A DNA stretch of 50,584 nucleotides, filler included, from Stramenopiles sp. TOSAG23-2 (Eukaryota), in NCBI GenBank assembly GCA_900128395.1. It is 2 parts of 2 records of this genome, joined end to end, with 100 filler letters (N's around TTAATTAATTAA, not from the genome) between each part and the next. Parts side by side here need not be neighbours in the genome. Positions count along the whole stretch, not along the records: positions 1 to 25,374 come from LT649454.1; positions 25,475 to 50,584 come from LT649455.1. One strand, 5' to 3'. This document shows positions 23,544-34,580 of the stretch, in pieces. Made by a program: the position numbers and the translations under genes. The notes under the pieces were generated by a model. It worked only from the letters and a program-made list of their open reading frames with translations, was not told where the DNA came from and did no database searches. Positions within the stretch are counted from its first letter, which is position 1. Every line of letters starts with the position of its first letter.

Positions 23544-25112
23544 TTACATATTTTTCTTTTGCTTTTTACGACTGGTGTTGTTATTATTATCATCATCATC
23601 GTCATTATTATTATGATTTTTTTTACGTTGAGTTTCCTCTCTTAATTTCTTATTCAATGCACCATCATTCCCTCTCATGATTTTTTCACGTAAAGACATT
23701 GTATTCATTTGTTTATTAGCCGATATTGAACCACTACTACCATCATTTGGAACACCGCCAAATTCACGATAATCTGTATAATATGCAACATCCTTCTTCT
23801 TATCGACAGGTTCTTTAATTTTTTCCATTGTAATTAAACGTCTAGCTAATTTCCAACCTAATCGATCTTCACAATTTGAAATTAATTTTAAACAACCATG
23901 CCTTGGAATATCATGTTCTGTATATTCTTCTACTGCTACTGGTAAAAAATAAACCAATCGACCATTCATAACTAAAAGTGTTGCTGCAAGGTCTAATAAA
24001 TCTAACATGACTTCTTCTGCATGATATGGTTGTGTTTGTGGTATGTGTTTTTGTAAATATTTTTCAGGTACTTTTTCAACAATTTCTCTTTTACTTCCAC
24101 TTTTTTTTGCCCCTGCACGTACACCATACGGTGGATCACAAATAATGGCATCCAATATTGGCTTATTTATACGCATGCATATTCCACTTTTCGACATGTC
24201 GCCTCGTATTAAACATGGTTTTGGAAGATTATATTGTTCTGAATTGGAAAATATATTTGTAGTTTTCTTAAACTCTTGTGCATGTAAAATGCGAATATCA
24301 ATATCAGTTCCTATACAATATGCACCAAATGCTTGCGCAGCAACTATAATACTGCCAGTACCAACAAATGGATCTAAAACAAAACTGCCTTGCCGTGCCA
24401 ATGCATTGTTTGCCATAATAAATGCTAACTCTGCATCCATCGAAGTTGGACCTAAAAATTTTCTTTGTTTTAATGAATATTTTACTGGCAAATCACTACG
24501 TCCATTTGCAATTTCTAATAAAAAATATTTATTAGTAGGTATACGTGTATCTTTCACGCCACTTGGAACGCCTTTTGGTGTATATTCTTCAATAAACCAA
24601 AATGTTAAATCTGGTTTTGACAATTTAACAGGTCCTTCAAATGGTATAAATGCAAATAATTTTCGTTTGTCTTCTTGACTCTTAAAATTGATTTTCTTAC
24701 CAAAGGCACCGACGTTGATTTTCCAAGATATTTTTTTATCAAATAAATTATAGTCTTTTTTAAATAAATTATATTCTTTCGGATCATGATTTTTCATATC
24801 CTCAATAACTTCTTCATCTGTTTTTCCTACACCATAAATTTTATATATACGATTTATCAACAAACAACGAGAACATACATTTTCAGCATCTTTCTCCGAT
24901 TTAAACGTTGCAAACATGAATGGCGATGTAATATTATCTAAATCTGTTTTATTATAAATTTCACTTGGTTTTAATTGAAATAATTGCAATATTGAATCTA
25001 ATTCTCCTTTCCAAAAATTTTGATGTTTCCATGTAAAATGTATGATATAATCTTGTTTCATTTGTTTGTCATTGTTGTTGTTATTATTAGTAGTAGTAGT
25101 AAGTGATGCCAT
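23544..25112 (-). CDS. TRM11: tRNA (guanine(10)-N2)-methyltransferase Trm11
   Basis: YSLKQRKFLGPTSMDAELAFIMAN, VLDPFVGTGS, GTDID, DAIICDPPYGVRAG, GRLVYFLP, RRLITMEK. Confidence 0.93.
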   Translation of the reverse strand: MASLTTTTNNNNNNDKQMKQDYIIHFTWKHQNFWKGELDSILQLFQLKPSEIYNKTDLDNITSPFMFATFKSEKDAENVCSRCLLINRIYKIYGVGKTDEEVIEDMKNHDPKEYNLFKKDYNLFDKKISWKINVGAFGKKINFKSQEDKRKLFAFIPFEGPVKLSKPDLTFWFIEEYTPKGVPSGVKDTRIPTNKYFLLEIANGRSDLPVKYSLKQRKFLGPTSMDAELAFIMANNALARQGSFVLDPFVGTGSIIVAAQAFGAYCIGTDIDIRILHAQEFKKTTNIFSNSEQYNLPKPCLIRGDMSKSGICMRINKPILDAIICDPPYGVRAGAKKSGSKREIVEKVPEKYLQKHIPQTQPYHAEEVMLDLLDLAATLLVMNGRLVYFLPVAVEEYTEHDIPRHGCLKLISNCEDRLGWKLARRLITMEKIKEPVDKKKDVAYYTDYREFGGVPNDGSSGSISANKQMNTMSLREKIMRGNDGALNKKLREETQRKKNHNNNDDDDDNNNNTSRKKQKKNM

Positions 25113-25374
25113 TGTTTTAATAACGATGATGGAGGTGGTGATGGGGATAAACGATTGGTTGATTTTATGCTTTGTTTTTTGGTATAAAATATATATATCT
25201 GTATGTTTGTATTTCTTTCTTATTATATAGAGAGTTTAAGTTCTATAACTTTATTCTAATTTTTTTTAATTTGTCCCGATATAATTTTTACTGTGCCGGC
25301 CAGTCGTAAATTTTCGGTACAAATTTTTTATTATACTTAAACACTATATTAGCTATCAAATACACAAATTAATC

Positions 25375-25474
25375 NNNNNNNNNNNNNNNNNNNNNNNNNN
25401 NNNNNNNNNNNNNNNNNNTTAATTAATTAANNNNNNNNNNNNNNNNNNNNNNNNNNNNNNNNNNNNNNNNNNNN
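25375..25474. other. Artificial contig linker
   Basis: 44 N + TTAATTAATTAA (stops in all six frames) + 44 N, 100 bp in total. Confidence 0.97.
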
Positions 25475-25791
25475 ACAGAACGATACTTTATTTTGGACCT
25501 CAATGCTATTCCATGCTAACCTATCGTTCTCTAAAAAAAATTGACTGGGCCAGGCCCAGCAGGCCCTCTCCTGGCTGGGCTGGCCCTGGGCTGGCCAGCT
25601 GTGGCTTGGTAAAGATAATAATTTCAATAATAATAATTTCAATAATAATGCAGGGGATAAATCACATATTAATACATGTAAATATAAATCATTAAGACAT
25701 GTGTAACATCTTCTGAGACGAAGGCCATATTAACATATAATATATATACATATAACATAAAAAAAGAACCAATTGATTACACCAATAGCGA

Positions 25792-26988
25792 ATGACTGAA
25801 TTAAGTTATATAAGTTTATCACAGGATGATGTAAGCGAACCAGAAATTGGTGTAGTACCAAGACAAGATGTTGATGGAGTGAGTATTAGGTTTTTGCTTG
25901 GAACATTTGCTGAGGAATGTGCAAAAGCTGGCTTTGATTGGCGCCTTCCTAACGGAAACTCTGAATGGCGGGAGCGGTTGCAAAAAGGAGCTCGCATAAG
26001 TATCACATCTAAAGCAAATGAGGTTGCAAATGGGCATTACTACATGCCCGCATTGTTTGGTAATGGTGGTTTCAGCGAACCTTTTAAACTAGTTCAAGCC
26101 AAAGTATTGAGTGATCTGCCTGCTACCATTAATCGCCACATTCTTGTCAAAGCTGCACCCCAAGGCGCAGATGGGAAGTACTATGAAAATCTTTCAGTAA
26201 CCATTTCGGCAGGCGAGCTATGTTTGCTCAAAACTCGTGATTTGGTTTATAACATGCCGCCATGTTGTAACATTGGTAACATACATGCCCAAGGTGTAAC
26301 AAGTCTTAAAAAAGAAAAATATATTGATTATGCCAAACGGGAGTTAAGCTCTTCACTGTTTTGGATTCGCGATTCCTGGGATCCATCCCTGAAGGAATAT
26401 TTGCGCCATCTTCCTCGTAACCAAGATAATGACAAACGCAAATTTTATGACGGAGATTTCCTTCGTTGGGACATTGGTGAAGCAGAAATTTTTGTGAGTC
26501 ATAGTTGGGGTGATTGTTTTTGCGACACAGTAGATGCAATTGCTCCTACTTATCTCGAGTGTTTGGAGGCATGCATAATTTGGTGCTTCCCTCACATCTT
26601 TTCAGGCCAAAGAATTGCTGAAATTGCATCTTGTTGTTTCCCTCTTTGTCGCGCTTGGTGGATGAATAGTAGGGTTAGTATTTTGTGCCGTATTATTGTT
26701 TTTGTGTTGTTGGCGCCGTTAGCCTTAGCTATAGCCTTAGCTACCAGCATTATTTCCATTATTGGGTTTCTTGTAATCATGCTTCTATCCTACACCATAC
26801 CTGTGGGAATCATTATGTCGGCATTTCTTAACCGAAAAATAATTTTGCGTGAGGCTGTCCGGGCTGATCCTAAATGGTTTACACCACATACAGTGCGAAG
26901 ACTTGGTAGAAGTAAGCTATTCTGGATTGATATTTTTTGCAAAAACCAGCATCAGGAAACCGTACGAGCAAATCTTAATATTTCTTAA
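25792..26988 (+). CDS. HET-like (TIR-related) domain protein with hydrophobic insertion, apparently C-terminally truncated
   Basis: GVSIRFL, AEIFVSHSWGDCFCDTVDAI and LFWIDIFCKNQH match the SHxW and WIDxxCxxQ motifs of HET-like domains. The ORF ends about 11 codons later. Confidence 0.6.
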   Translation: MTELSYISLSQDDVSEPEIGVVPRQDVDGVSIRFLLGTFAEECAKAGFDWRLPNGNSEWRERLQKGARISITSKANEVANGHYYMPALFGNGGFSEPFKLVQAKVLSDLPATINRHILVKAAPQGADGKYYENLSVTISAGELCLLKTRDLVYNMPPCCNIGNIHAQGVTSLKKEKYIDYAKRELSSSLFWIRDSWDPSLKEYLRHLPRNQDNDKRKFYDGDFLRWDIGEAEIFVSHSWGDCFCDTVDAIAPTYLECLEACIIWCFPHIFSGQRIAEIASCCFPLCRAWWMNSRVSILCRIIVFVLLAPLALAIALATSIISIIGFLVIMLLSYTIPVGIIMSAFLNRKIILREAVRADPKWFTPHTVRRLGRSKLFWIDIFCKNQHQETVRANLNIS

Positions 26989-26998
26989 TATAAATGAG

Positions 26999-27207
26999 AT
27001 GAGACTTTCACATCCAGCGAGAAGACTTTATTTATTAATTGAAAGATATAAAAGAGAGTTTCCACAAGGTACAATTAACAGAGGTCGAATACCAACACCT
27101 ATCGTATGTGCATGTCAATACGGACGTATGGATGATGTATGATAGAGTTATTCGTTTCTCTTCATCCATTTCATCATTATATTACTAATCGTGATGTGAA
27201 TGGCTAC
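26999..27207 (+). pseudogene. Fragment of an ankyrin-family paralogue of the gene at 1-656
   Basis: ERYKREFPQG...TPIVCACQYGRMDDV*, then after 5 extra nt (TGATA) ELFVSLHPFHHYITNRDVNG. Aligns to KKYKEVYPKGIPLVCACEKGRFEDVKLLITGRDFN. Confidence 0.7.
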
Positions 27208-27356
27208 GTTATAATTATAGGTTTTCATTGATAGGTGTTTGTACTAATAGTATAGTCGGAACACACGACGACTAATATAGTATAAGAAATTTTAGTGTAA
27301 AAAACTTTTAAAGTGGTTTTATACTGTAGCTATGCAACCTATGTGTTCACATTTTT

Positions 27357-29328
27357 TCACTCATTGTATTCCAATTCTTTATCAAAAATTTCTTGAATTT
27401 CACTTGGCGAGACATTTGCTTTTAACAATAAACGTGCAGTTTGAAATAATAAATCATAAATTTGAGAAGAACAAACAAATCCAATACCAGTTGCAGTTTT
27501 ACCATATGTATTATATAGACCTAATTCTTTCTCTAAAAATTCCAATTCACGCTCTCCAATATGTTTATCTAACAATGCACATATATTACTTGCTGGTACA
27601 TCTTGCGATTGTATTAAATGGCGTATGGAATCAACTGTTCTAGTTGTTGAATCTTGATAAACCAGACATGGCGCCATTGAATATTTTTCTTTACATATAA
27701 AATCTTTACTACTACTTTGACCATCTAATACTTTCCATCCATATTTAGCCAATGCATGTTTTACTGATTGAAAATAATGTTCATTGGTAGTATCAAAATA
27801 TAAAATTTTATTATTTGGTTTCCCCATTTTCTTTGATGTTTCAACTGCCCATACCATGATGCTTTTTAATAATGGTTTTCTTGCATCAATTAAAATATCT
27901 ACCACATTATTTTCTACAACATGTTCACGTATATTAATTTTTAGACCACCACTGTGTATATATGCATGCATGTATATTATTTATAATATATATATATATA
28001 TAATATATTAATATATATAAAAGTAAAGGTGAAATATATAATAGAATATAATTTGTTGTTAGAGAGGGATATTTTTACCATATATATATATATATATATT
28101 ATAGTATAATAGACAGATATGGAGATTTAAAAATGTTTTTCACTTACCCACTAACTATTTGATTTGATTCATCTGCAAGTAATACACGTACTATTTTATC
28201 ATATTTTCCCATACTTTTTTGCGCCTTTGCAAGCCTTTCGATCATACGAAAACCTAAACTAACTTCAGCAACATTTAAATCATTATTATTTTCTTGTGTA
28301 AATGCCAATGCTTCTTCGCCAACACTTGAATCAGCTTCAACAATTAATAGTTTATTTTTCGTCTTTTTTTGTTTCTTATTATCTACATTACTGCCATCAC
28401 TATCATCATCACCATATAAAATTGATAACCATTGATTTTTTATTTGAAATGTAGCATCTTTTAATACATCTTGATCTTTATTATTAAGAGACAATTCAGC
28501 CGCCCCCCACGAACTGGGATTTCCATAGGAATTATCTGGAATATTCCAAAAAACAGGAACCGAAAGATTATCACTATGATCACGAATGATATTTGTTACT
28601 AATTCAGGATTTTCATATATAAATAAAAAATTATAAATACCAAACCTATCTATGGTGTAATCGGAAACATCACTAGATTTACCAGACATACGGATAATTT
28701 TTTCACCATCACCTTGAATTTGTACTTTACCATTTTTTAATTTCTGTTCATATTCTTCTGTAGCATCTGAAAATGCAAATACCATTGCAAAAATTTGACT
28801 AATACCAAGGAAGCCAGCAAATGTTGAACGGGCAGTTTGCAAACCCAATATTTTCAATTTCGTTTTGCTACTATTCGTAGAATTCAAATATTCCCAGGGT
28901 TTTTTTCCCATACTTTTTAAGATCATTTCAGCTGGTTTTGTTGCCCATATAATGGATGAAAATATTTGTTGACGAGCATATGTAAAAATGAATGACGGGG
29001 AGTTATATTTTTTTCTTGGATGTAATAATAAAAATGCTTCGAATGCACCTATTGCAAAAATTCCTGTTCCAGATGCAATTAATCCCCAAAATTTACTTGG
29101 AGATGTCATTCTATCAAATGCAAGCGATACTTTTTGTTGATAAGAAGTTATATGCGCATTATTTGCCAAAATTTGCTGATTTAAACGACGAAATTCTTGC
29201 GTATATGGTTTCGGATAAGTTTCAATATCTTTATCATAACATCTCCACATTCCATAATGTAAAAATGATTTACATTGTTCAATAATATTAGTACTATTAT
29301 TATTTGTTATTGTTGATGGTGAATTCAT
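27357..29328 (-). CDS. Uncharacterised membrane protein; intron 27952-28147
   Basis: Two ORFs joined in frame by GG|GTAAGT...CACAG|T (VSG-GGLKINIREHV); two hydrophobic segments in the N-terminal half. Confidence 0.75.
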
Positions 29329-29805
29329 TTTATAATTTATATATGGGATATAATTTCAAAAAATATATACTCAATCCTGCAATCTAATTATTAATCAAAA
29401 AGGAAGAAAAGGATACGTATGGATGTGGCTGTATATGTGACATGTATAATATATATATGTATTAATTATTATTATAATTTGGTGTCATTCACGCCGAATC
29501 CGAGATTTTTGACGGCCTCATCTGGAGAACTGAATGCAAAAAAAAATAAATTCGATTTGTGCGCGGGTGTCACGTCGTGAGCACGTGAAAGCCAAATCTT
29601 CTTTTTTTTAAGCTGAAGGATTATGGAAATTTTAATTTTACTCGATTATTTTCCAACTCTTTAATAACTGCCTATTCTAAGCTTACGAAAAGTACGGGTG
29701 ATATTCACCTGCTAAATTTACTATCAGAGTTATGAGATATAATAATAAATAATACCAGGTAGTGTAAAAAAAAAATAATAAATAATTATTGCTGTGTGTT
29801 GCTAT

Positions 29806-30283
29806 TTAACCTGTTACATATTCATAAGATGTATCGAAATCCTCGTTCTTTGCTCTGCTATAATATGCTACAACTGATCCACGTCGATGGCTACATCCAT
29901 TAGGCAAATTATGAAATGAAAACCATGGACCACTGAGCTCCACAATTGAATCCTCAGGAAATTGTTTTTGTGCAGCGTTAAGACAGTCTTCGTACAAAAC
30001 GCTTTTGTCCTCAGTCGTTGTTGTAGTCTTAAATATCCTTTTCAGCTCTGGTATCTTATGCTTCAAATGAATTAACATGATGCGCACCAATAGCAGCATT
30101 ATCAGGATAGCGATAACAAGATAACATCCATTGATACATAACAATAAACCAAGTCAAATAAAAAGCAAATTTGTTGAATCCTTCATATGCATATCGATCT
30201 TCCAACACTTCAAAGAGATCAATCGATTCGGTATTACCCTCTTGCCTTTCAGACTCCGCTGGGACTACCTGTGACAATGACAT
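29806..30283 (-). pseudogene. Frameshifted fragment of a membrane protein with an extracellular Cys module
   Basis: ATG ORF with one TM segment (FAFYLTWFIVMYQWML) stops at 30056. An overlapping frame continues EDCLNAAQK...SGPW...LPNGCS and then stops. Confidence 0.45.
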
Positions 30284-31550
30284 CGTTTTGATAAAGGATT
30301 AGGTTTAGATTCCTGTAGCGTAAATTGCCAGTTATGTTGTCCAGTTGTGTTCGAGCGTAAGAGTATGTTCATGATGCCGACATGAGTACTGCACATGGAT
30401 CATGATGTGGTCAATAATAATAATAAAATTTCTTATTAATTATTAGAATCTGCCATTATCTATTATTATTATATTATTCATTATTCTACTCACTTGCTAA
30501 TATTATTATTATATTTTTTTTTGGCATTTGGCTCTACCCAGCTACTGTACCAATTATTGTGTTCCACCTATTATTAGAATTATAGTGCTACTAATAATTT
30601 ATGATTTCAACACCAAATCGCTAAAATTGAATATTTTAAGGGTCGTATTTTTTTCCTTGGATTCTAAAACTTACCGCTGACACAGAATCTGCTGCAAGTT
30701 TACATAATGTTATTTACCTGCTAATGTAAAATTACATGTAAAATGACTGCAATGTAATTTTTCTAGCAGGGAAATATGAAGGTGATTAGGATTATTATTA
30801 GTCTAGTCTAGTCTAATAATAATTTTTTTTTTATTTTTTTTAGATCTATCTATTATTTCAATATTTGCACATTTCAATATTATACATGGTCTTTTTTTTT
30901 TGTTGGGTATAAATTTTGGCTATTTGTTTGGCTATATTGTTTGGCTATATTTTTCATTTTGGCTATATTATTGCTTAAGAAAACAGACTGTGTTAGCGGT
31001 AATTTTTTGATAATTAATATTTTTTTGACAATATAGCACATCATACATTTTATCCGGGAAATTGTTGTAGCTCTATATTTTTTTGTTGTTTATGTTGTGT
31101 TGTTTTGTTGTTGTTGTTGTTGTGAAGAATGATGAAGAATGTATTAGTAATGTCGTCAATCAACAAAATAATAATAAATATTTGGCAAAAAAAAGTGTCA
31201 CACACAACAACAACCACACACTTTTGGAATCATATGGAATCAATTGGTATAGAAAAAATTACCAAACATTTATTAAATATTGTGGCTGAAATTAGTAAAC
31301 ATTGGCAGAAAACATTTTTGTGGCATTTATTTGGCATCCCCGTGGCATTTATTTGGCAGTGGCATCACACCGCAGAGTAAAACAAAAGCATTAAAAAAAC
31401 GGCACGCGTCCTAGCCAACCACCCACAGCCATCCATATATAGACAGACAATATATATATATATATATATATAATGATAAATAAGATACAGGCATATACCC
31501 AAGGACAAACAAAAATATATAAAAGGATATAATTAGGAAAACGTAACAAT

Positions 31551-33923
31551 ATGAAATTCCCTACTGTATCTGATTTGAAAGAGTCTGAAAGAAATTTAAA
31601 AATTCAATTTGCTAGCAATGATTATTTTCCATATCCTGATTATATGAAGAAAGATCTAGAAACTATGTTAAGTTTTGCAAATAAATGCATTCAGGAAAAA
31701 TTAAGCTTGCAAGATTTGCTTCGGTCAAGATTACAAGACCCGGATTGCCATGTTCCTTATATCTGGGACGACAGATATAATGGTATGAATTATTGGGGTG
31801 TACCAGAAGCGCCTGATGATGATACCCAGACAGAGATGGCCAGAATTATGCAAGGACAGTTTATGTATATGGGCAAGGAAAAACCTGAAGCGCAGCTTAT
31901 GCATTTCTTTGCAAAACCAATTGAAAGAAAGGTAAAAATATATTCACAGTCGGATGAATATAAAACACTTTCTGAAAAAATATTTGTATTCAAAATCAAT
32001 ATATGCCCTTTCAACAGCAGTAAATACTGTGGATCCCGTGAGACCCCAGGCAAGTCTTGGCAAACTGAGTTTCGGAAACGTGTAGAAGATGAGGAAGTGA
32101 AAGTTTGGCGTTTGATTTGTTGTCCTAGTAATATGACATTAGCAAACTTCCACGACCGTATAATTGGACCTGTTATGGGATGGGCAAGAAATTATCATTC
32201 ATATTTGTTCACAGATAATGAAAGTGGCGCGTGTTTTGCACCAAAACGAAGTATGGCAGTGGATTCAATGCATTTTAACCGAGTAATACCATATTTTCTT
32301 GATGACACAAAATATAGGTTATGTCATATTTTACGTAAGGTTGGCGATAGTATGTCATATAATTATGATTTAGGTGATACTTGGTTACATAATATTGAGT
32401 TAATTCAAATAGGTCATTCAGGGGATGCGTTGGTAAATGAAACTGGGCATCTTGAAGTGGACAAGTGGTTGAGGAACAAGAACAACAGTCGCGATTTTAA
32501 ATTGGATAGTGTTCAGTTATTTGCAGGAGAAATAAATTGTCCACCAGAAGACTCTTTCGGTTGTCAAAGAGGGGAATATGGCGAAATATTAAATAAAGGG
32601 AAAAATTGTAAATACTTCCCTGAAGCTATGAATGGATTAAATTGGAAACAACACAATATTAAAGATCCATACAATTTCAATCTTGATGCACATAGGCAAC
32701 GATTGCAAGATGCTATGAAGGGAAAAGCTAGCTCTAAAACTGGTCAAAAAAGCTTCAGTTTCCCGTTCTTTCGTGGGAATAGCAGTGGTGACATTCATGA
32801 TGTAACAAAACAGACATCAGAAAAAGTTGTCAAATCAAAACTTAATAAATACATGAGTGAGAAAATACGTATAGCTCCGGATGATAGAAATGATGCTATT
32901 TGTAGCAACTGTGGCCGGCAACCAGATATATCTACAGGAGCTCCTGCTTTAAAACTCTGTAAAGGTTGTAGAAGTGTGTGGTATTGTGATGCAGAATGCC
33001 AAAAAAATGACTGGAAGCACCATAAACCTAAGTGTAAAGCAGCAAGAAAAGAGCGAAAAGAATATCAAAAAAGAAAAGAGAAAAACAAAGAAAAAAAGAA
33101 GGTCAGAAAAACTACGGACAAAGCTGAAGATGATGCACTTGCATATTTGAAAAAGATGCAAGAAGCATCAGATAAAAGGTTGAAAGAGACGAAACCAGAA
33201 GCACATGCTGCGTTACAAAGCATTTTCAAAGAAGCAGAAGAAATTGCTGCTGAAACTGGTGCTGATCCTGCAATACAAATGTTGCAAACTCATTTTGAAC
33301 GTAGAATTCGACCCAGACAAATTGCCAGAGAAATTGATACTTTAGAGGCTACATGGGAAAAATATGTGGCCGGTATTTATCAAAAAAACTTCCCAGAACC
33401 AAGGGGTACTGATAATGATTACAATGGCAATTACATAGTTGATTTTGATCGGGATTATGGTTATCAGCTGATAGGTCGCATGGCTGGAAACTTTGGTGTA
33501 AAATATATGCAGGAGTTATACTTATTGCACAATCCAATTGGAATTTCAGTGGAATGTACAACTGGGATAAGACTTAAAGTAATTGATAGTTCATGCGGTG
33601 GAACACTTGGTTCTAATATATTTGTGTTTTTAAGGCAAGTGTATACCAATACTAGTGACAGAGCAATTGGATATAACATACAAGAGATATATATTGTGGA
33701 TTTTGTTGATCAAGATGAACATAAAAACATTCATTGGTTTTCTGTTCCTGATCCAGCGGGTAAGAACAGGGATGAACCGATCCCTTTTCTTCGCATGAAA
33801 AATTGGTTGTGCAGCGCAATACAAAAGACTAAAGTAAATTGTGGGGATTACTATTTCTATTTGACAGGTAAAAATGAACCACCATTAAATGTACGAAATT
33901 TGGCCTCATCGCGAAATCTCTGA
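31551..33923 (+). CDS. pRiA4b ORF-3-like (MM3350-like) domain + MYND zinc finger protein
   Basis: VWRLICCPSNMTLANFHDRIIGPVMGW..YHSYLF, YNYDLGDTWLHNIEL, GEINCPPEDSFG; MYND CSNC...CKGCRSVWYCDAECQKNDWKHHKPKC. Confidence 0.85.
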   Translation: MKFPTVSDLKESERNLKIQFASNDYFPYPDYMKKDLETMLSFANKCIQEKLSLQDLLRSRLQDPDCHVPYIWDDRYNGMNYWGVPEAPDDDTQTEMARIMQGQFMYMGKEKPEAQLMHFFAKPIERKVKIYSQSDEYKTLSEKIFVFKINICPFNSSKYCGSRETPGKSWQTEFRKRVEDEEVKVWRLICCPSNMTLANFHDRIIGPVMGWARNYHSYLFTDNESGACFAPKRSMAVDSMHFNRVIPYFLDDTKYRLCHILRKVGDSMSYNYDLGDTWLHNIELIQIGHSGDALVNETGHLEVDKWLRNKNNSRDFKLDSVQLFAGEINCPPEDSFGCQRGEYGEILNKGKNCKYFPEAMNGLNWKQHNIKDPYNFNLDAHRQRLQDAMKGKASSKTGQKSFSFPFFRGNSSGDIHDVTKQTSEKVVKSKLNKYMSEKIRIAPDDRNDAICSNCGRQPDISTGAPALKLCKGCRSVWYCDAECQKNDWKHHKPKCKAARKERKEYQKRKEKNKEKKKVRKTTDKAEDDALAYLKKMQEASDKRLKETKPEAHAALQSIFKEAEEIAAETGADPAIQMLQTHFERRIRPRQIAREIDTLEATWEKYVAGIYQKNFPEPRGTDNDYNGNYIVDFDRDYGYQLIGRMAGNFGVKYMQELYLLHNPIGISVECTTGIRLKVIDSSCGGTLGSNIFVFLRQVYTNTSDRAIGYNIQEIYIVDFVDQDEHKNIHWFSVPDPAGKNRDEPIPFLRMKNWLCSAIQKTKVNCGDYYFYLTGKNEPPLNVRNLASSRNL

Positions 33924-34580
33924 AATGGCGACATGGGGGATAATAAAAAAAAATAATATTATAAATAAAAAAATAACCACTCGACACACACGTGTACTCT
34001 GCAAGCGCAGAGTCTTCCCAGCTGAGATTTATTTAACACACGTGCACACGACTGAAAAACCATTGAAATCTTTTTCTTTAAGAATCATACTCAATACCTT
34101 CATTCCATGCACCGCATTGATAACATGCTATTTTAACATATTATACTTGATAGAGTATACATTTTGATTGGAAAGTATGAAATGAGGTTAAAAATCAATC
34201 ATTTTTGCGGAAATATTTACAATTTTCAGGAGAAATTGCAAAAAAATGTGAAAATGCAAATCACTAAAAGACCTATCAAAATATTCATAACTATAGCACT
34301 TGCTATACTTAAAAGTGGTAATTAGTAGAAAGGATACAACAAATTATAAAAATATAAAAATAATAGCATCATTTTGAATGACGACGACTACTATCACTTA
34401 CACTGTTTTTAGTTTTTACATATATTCTAGATATATATATTAAACGTCTTTTTACATATTAAACGACTGGCCACGACACGCTTCTTTTTAAATGCAATAT
34501 CCCCGTAGAGACCAACGAATAAAGAGCAAAAACTTGCGTACATCGTCTCTATCTCCCTTACAAATAGATTGAAAGTGAAA

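Noticed and set aside
24100-24150. DPPY motif as a second DNA methyltransferase linked to the TopIB-like relic
   Set aside because: It is the normal motif IV of the Trm11 tRNA methyltransferase.
25544-25610. GC-rich CTGG/CCAG cluster near the contig start
   Set aside because: Short, no partner copy in the window and no definable structure; may be the edge of a repeat.
25427-25642. ORF running into X residues
   Set aside because: Artefact of the N linker and its built-in stop codons.
34492-34580. Upstream ATG frame one base out of phase with the Kir-like ORF (possible frameshift)
   Set aside because: ATG 34581 gives a good MGxxxS start; a uORF cannot be told from a 1-bp error without reads.
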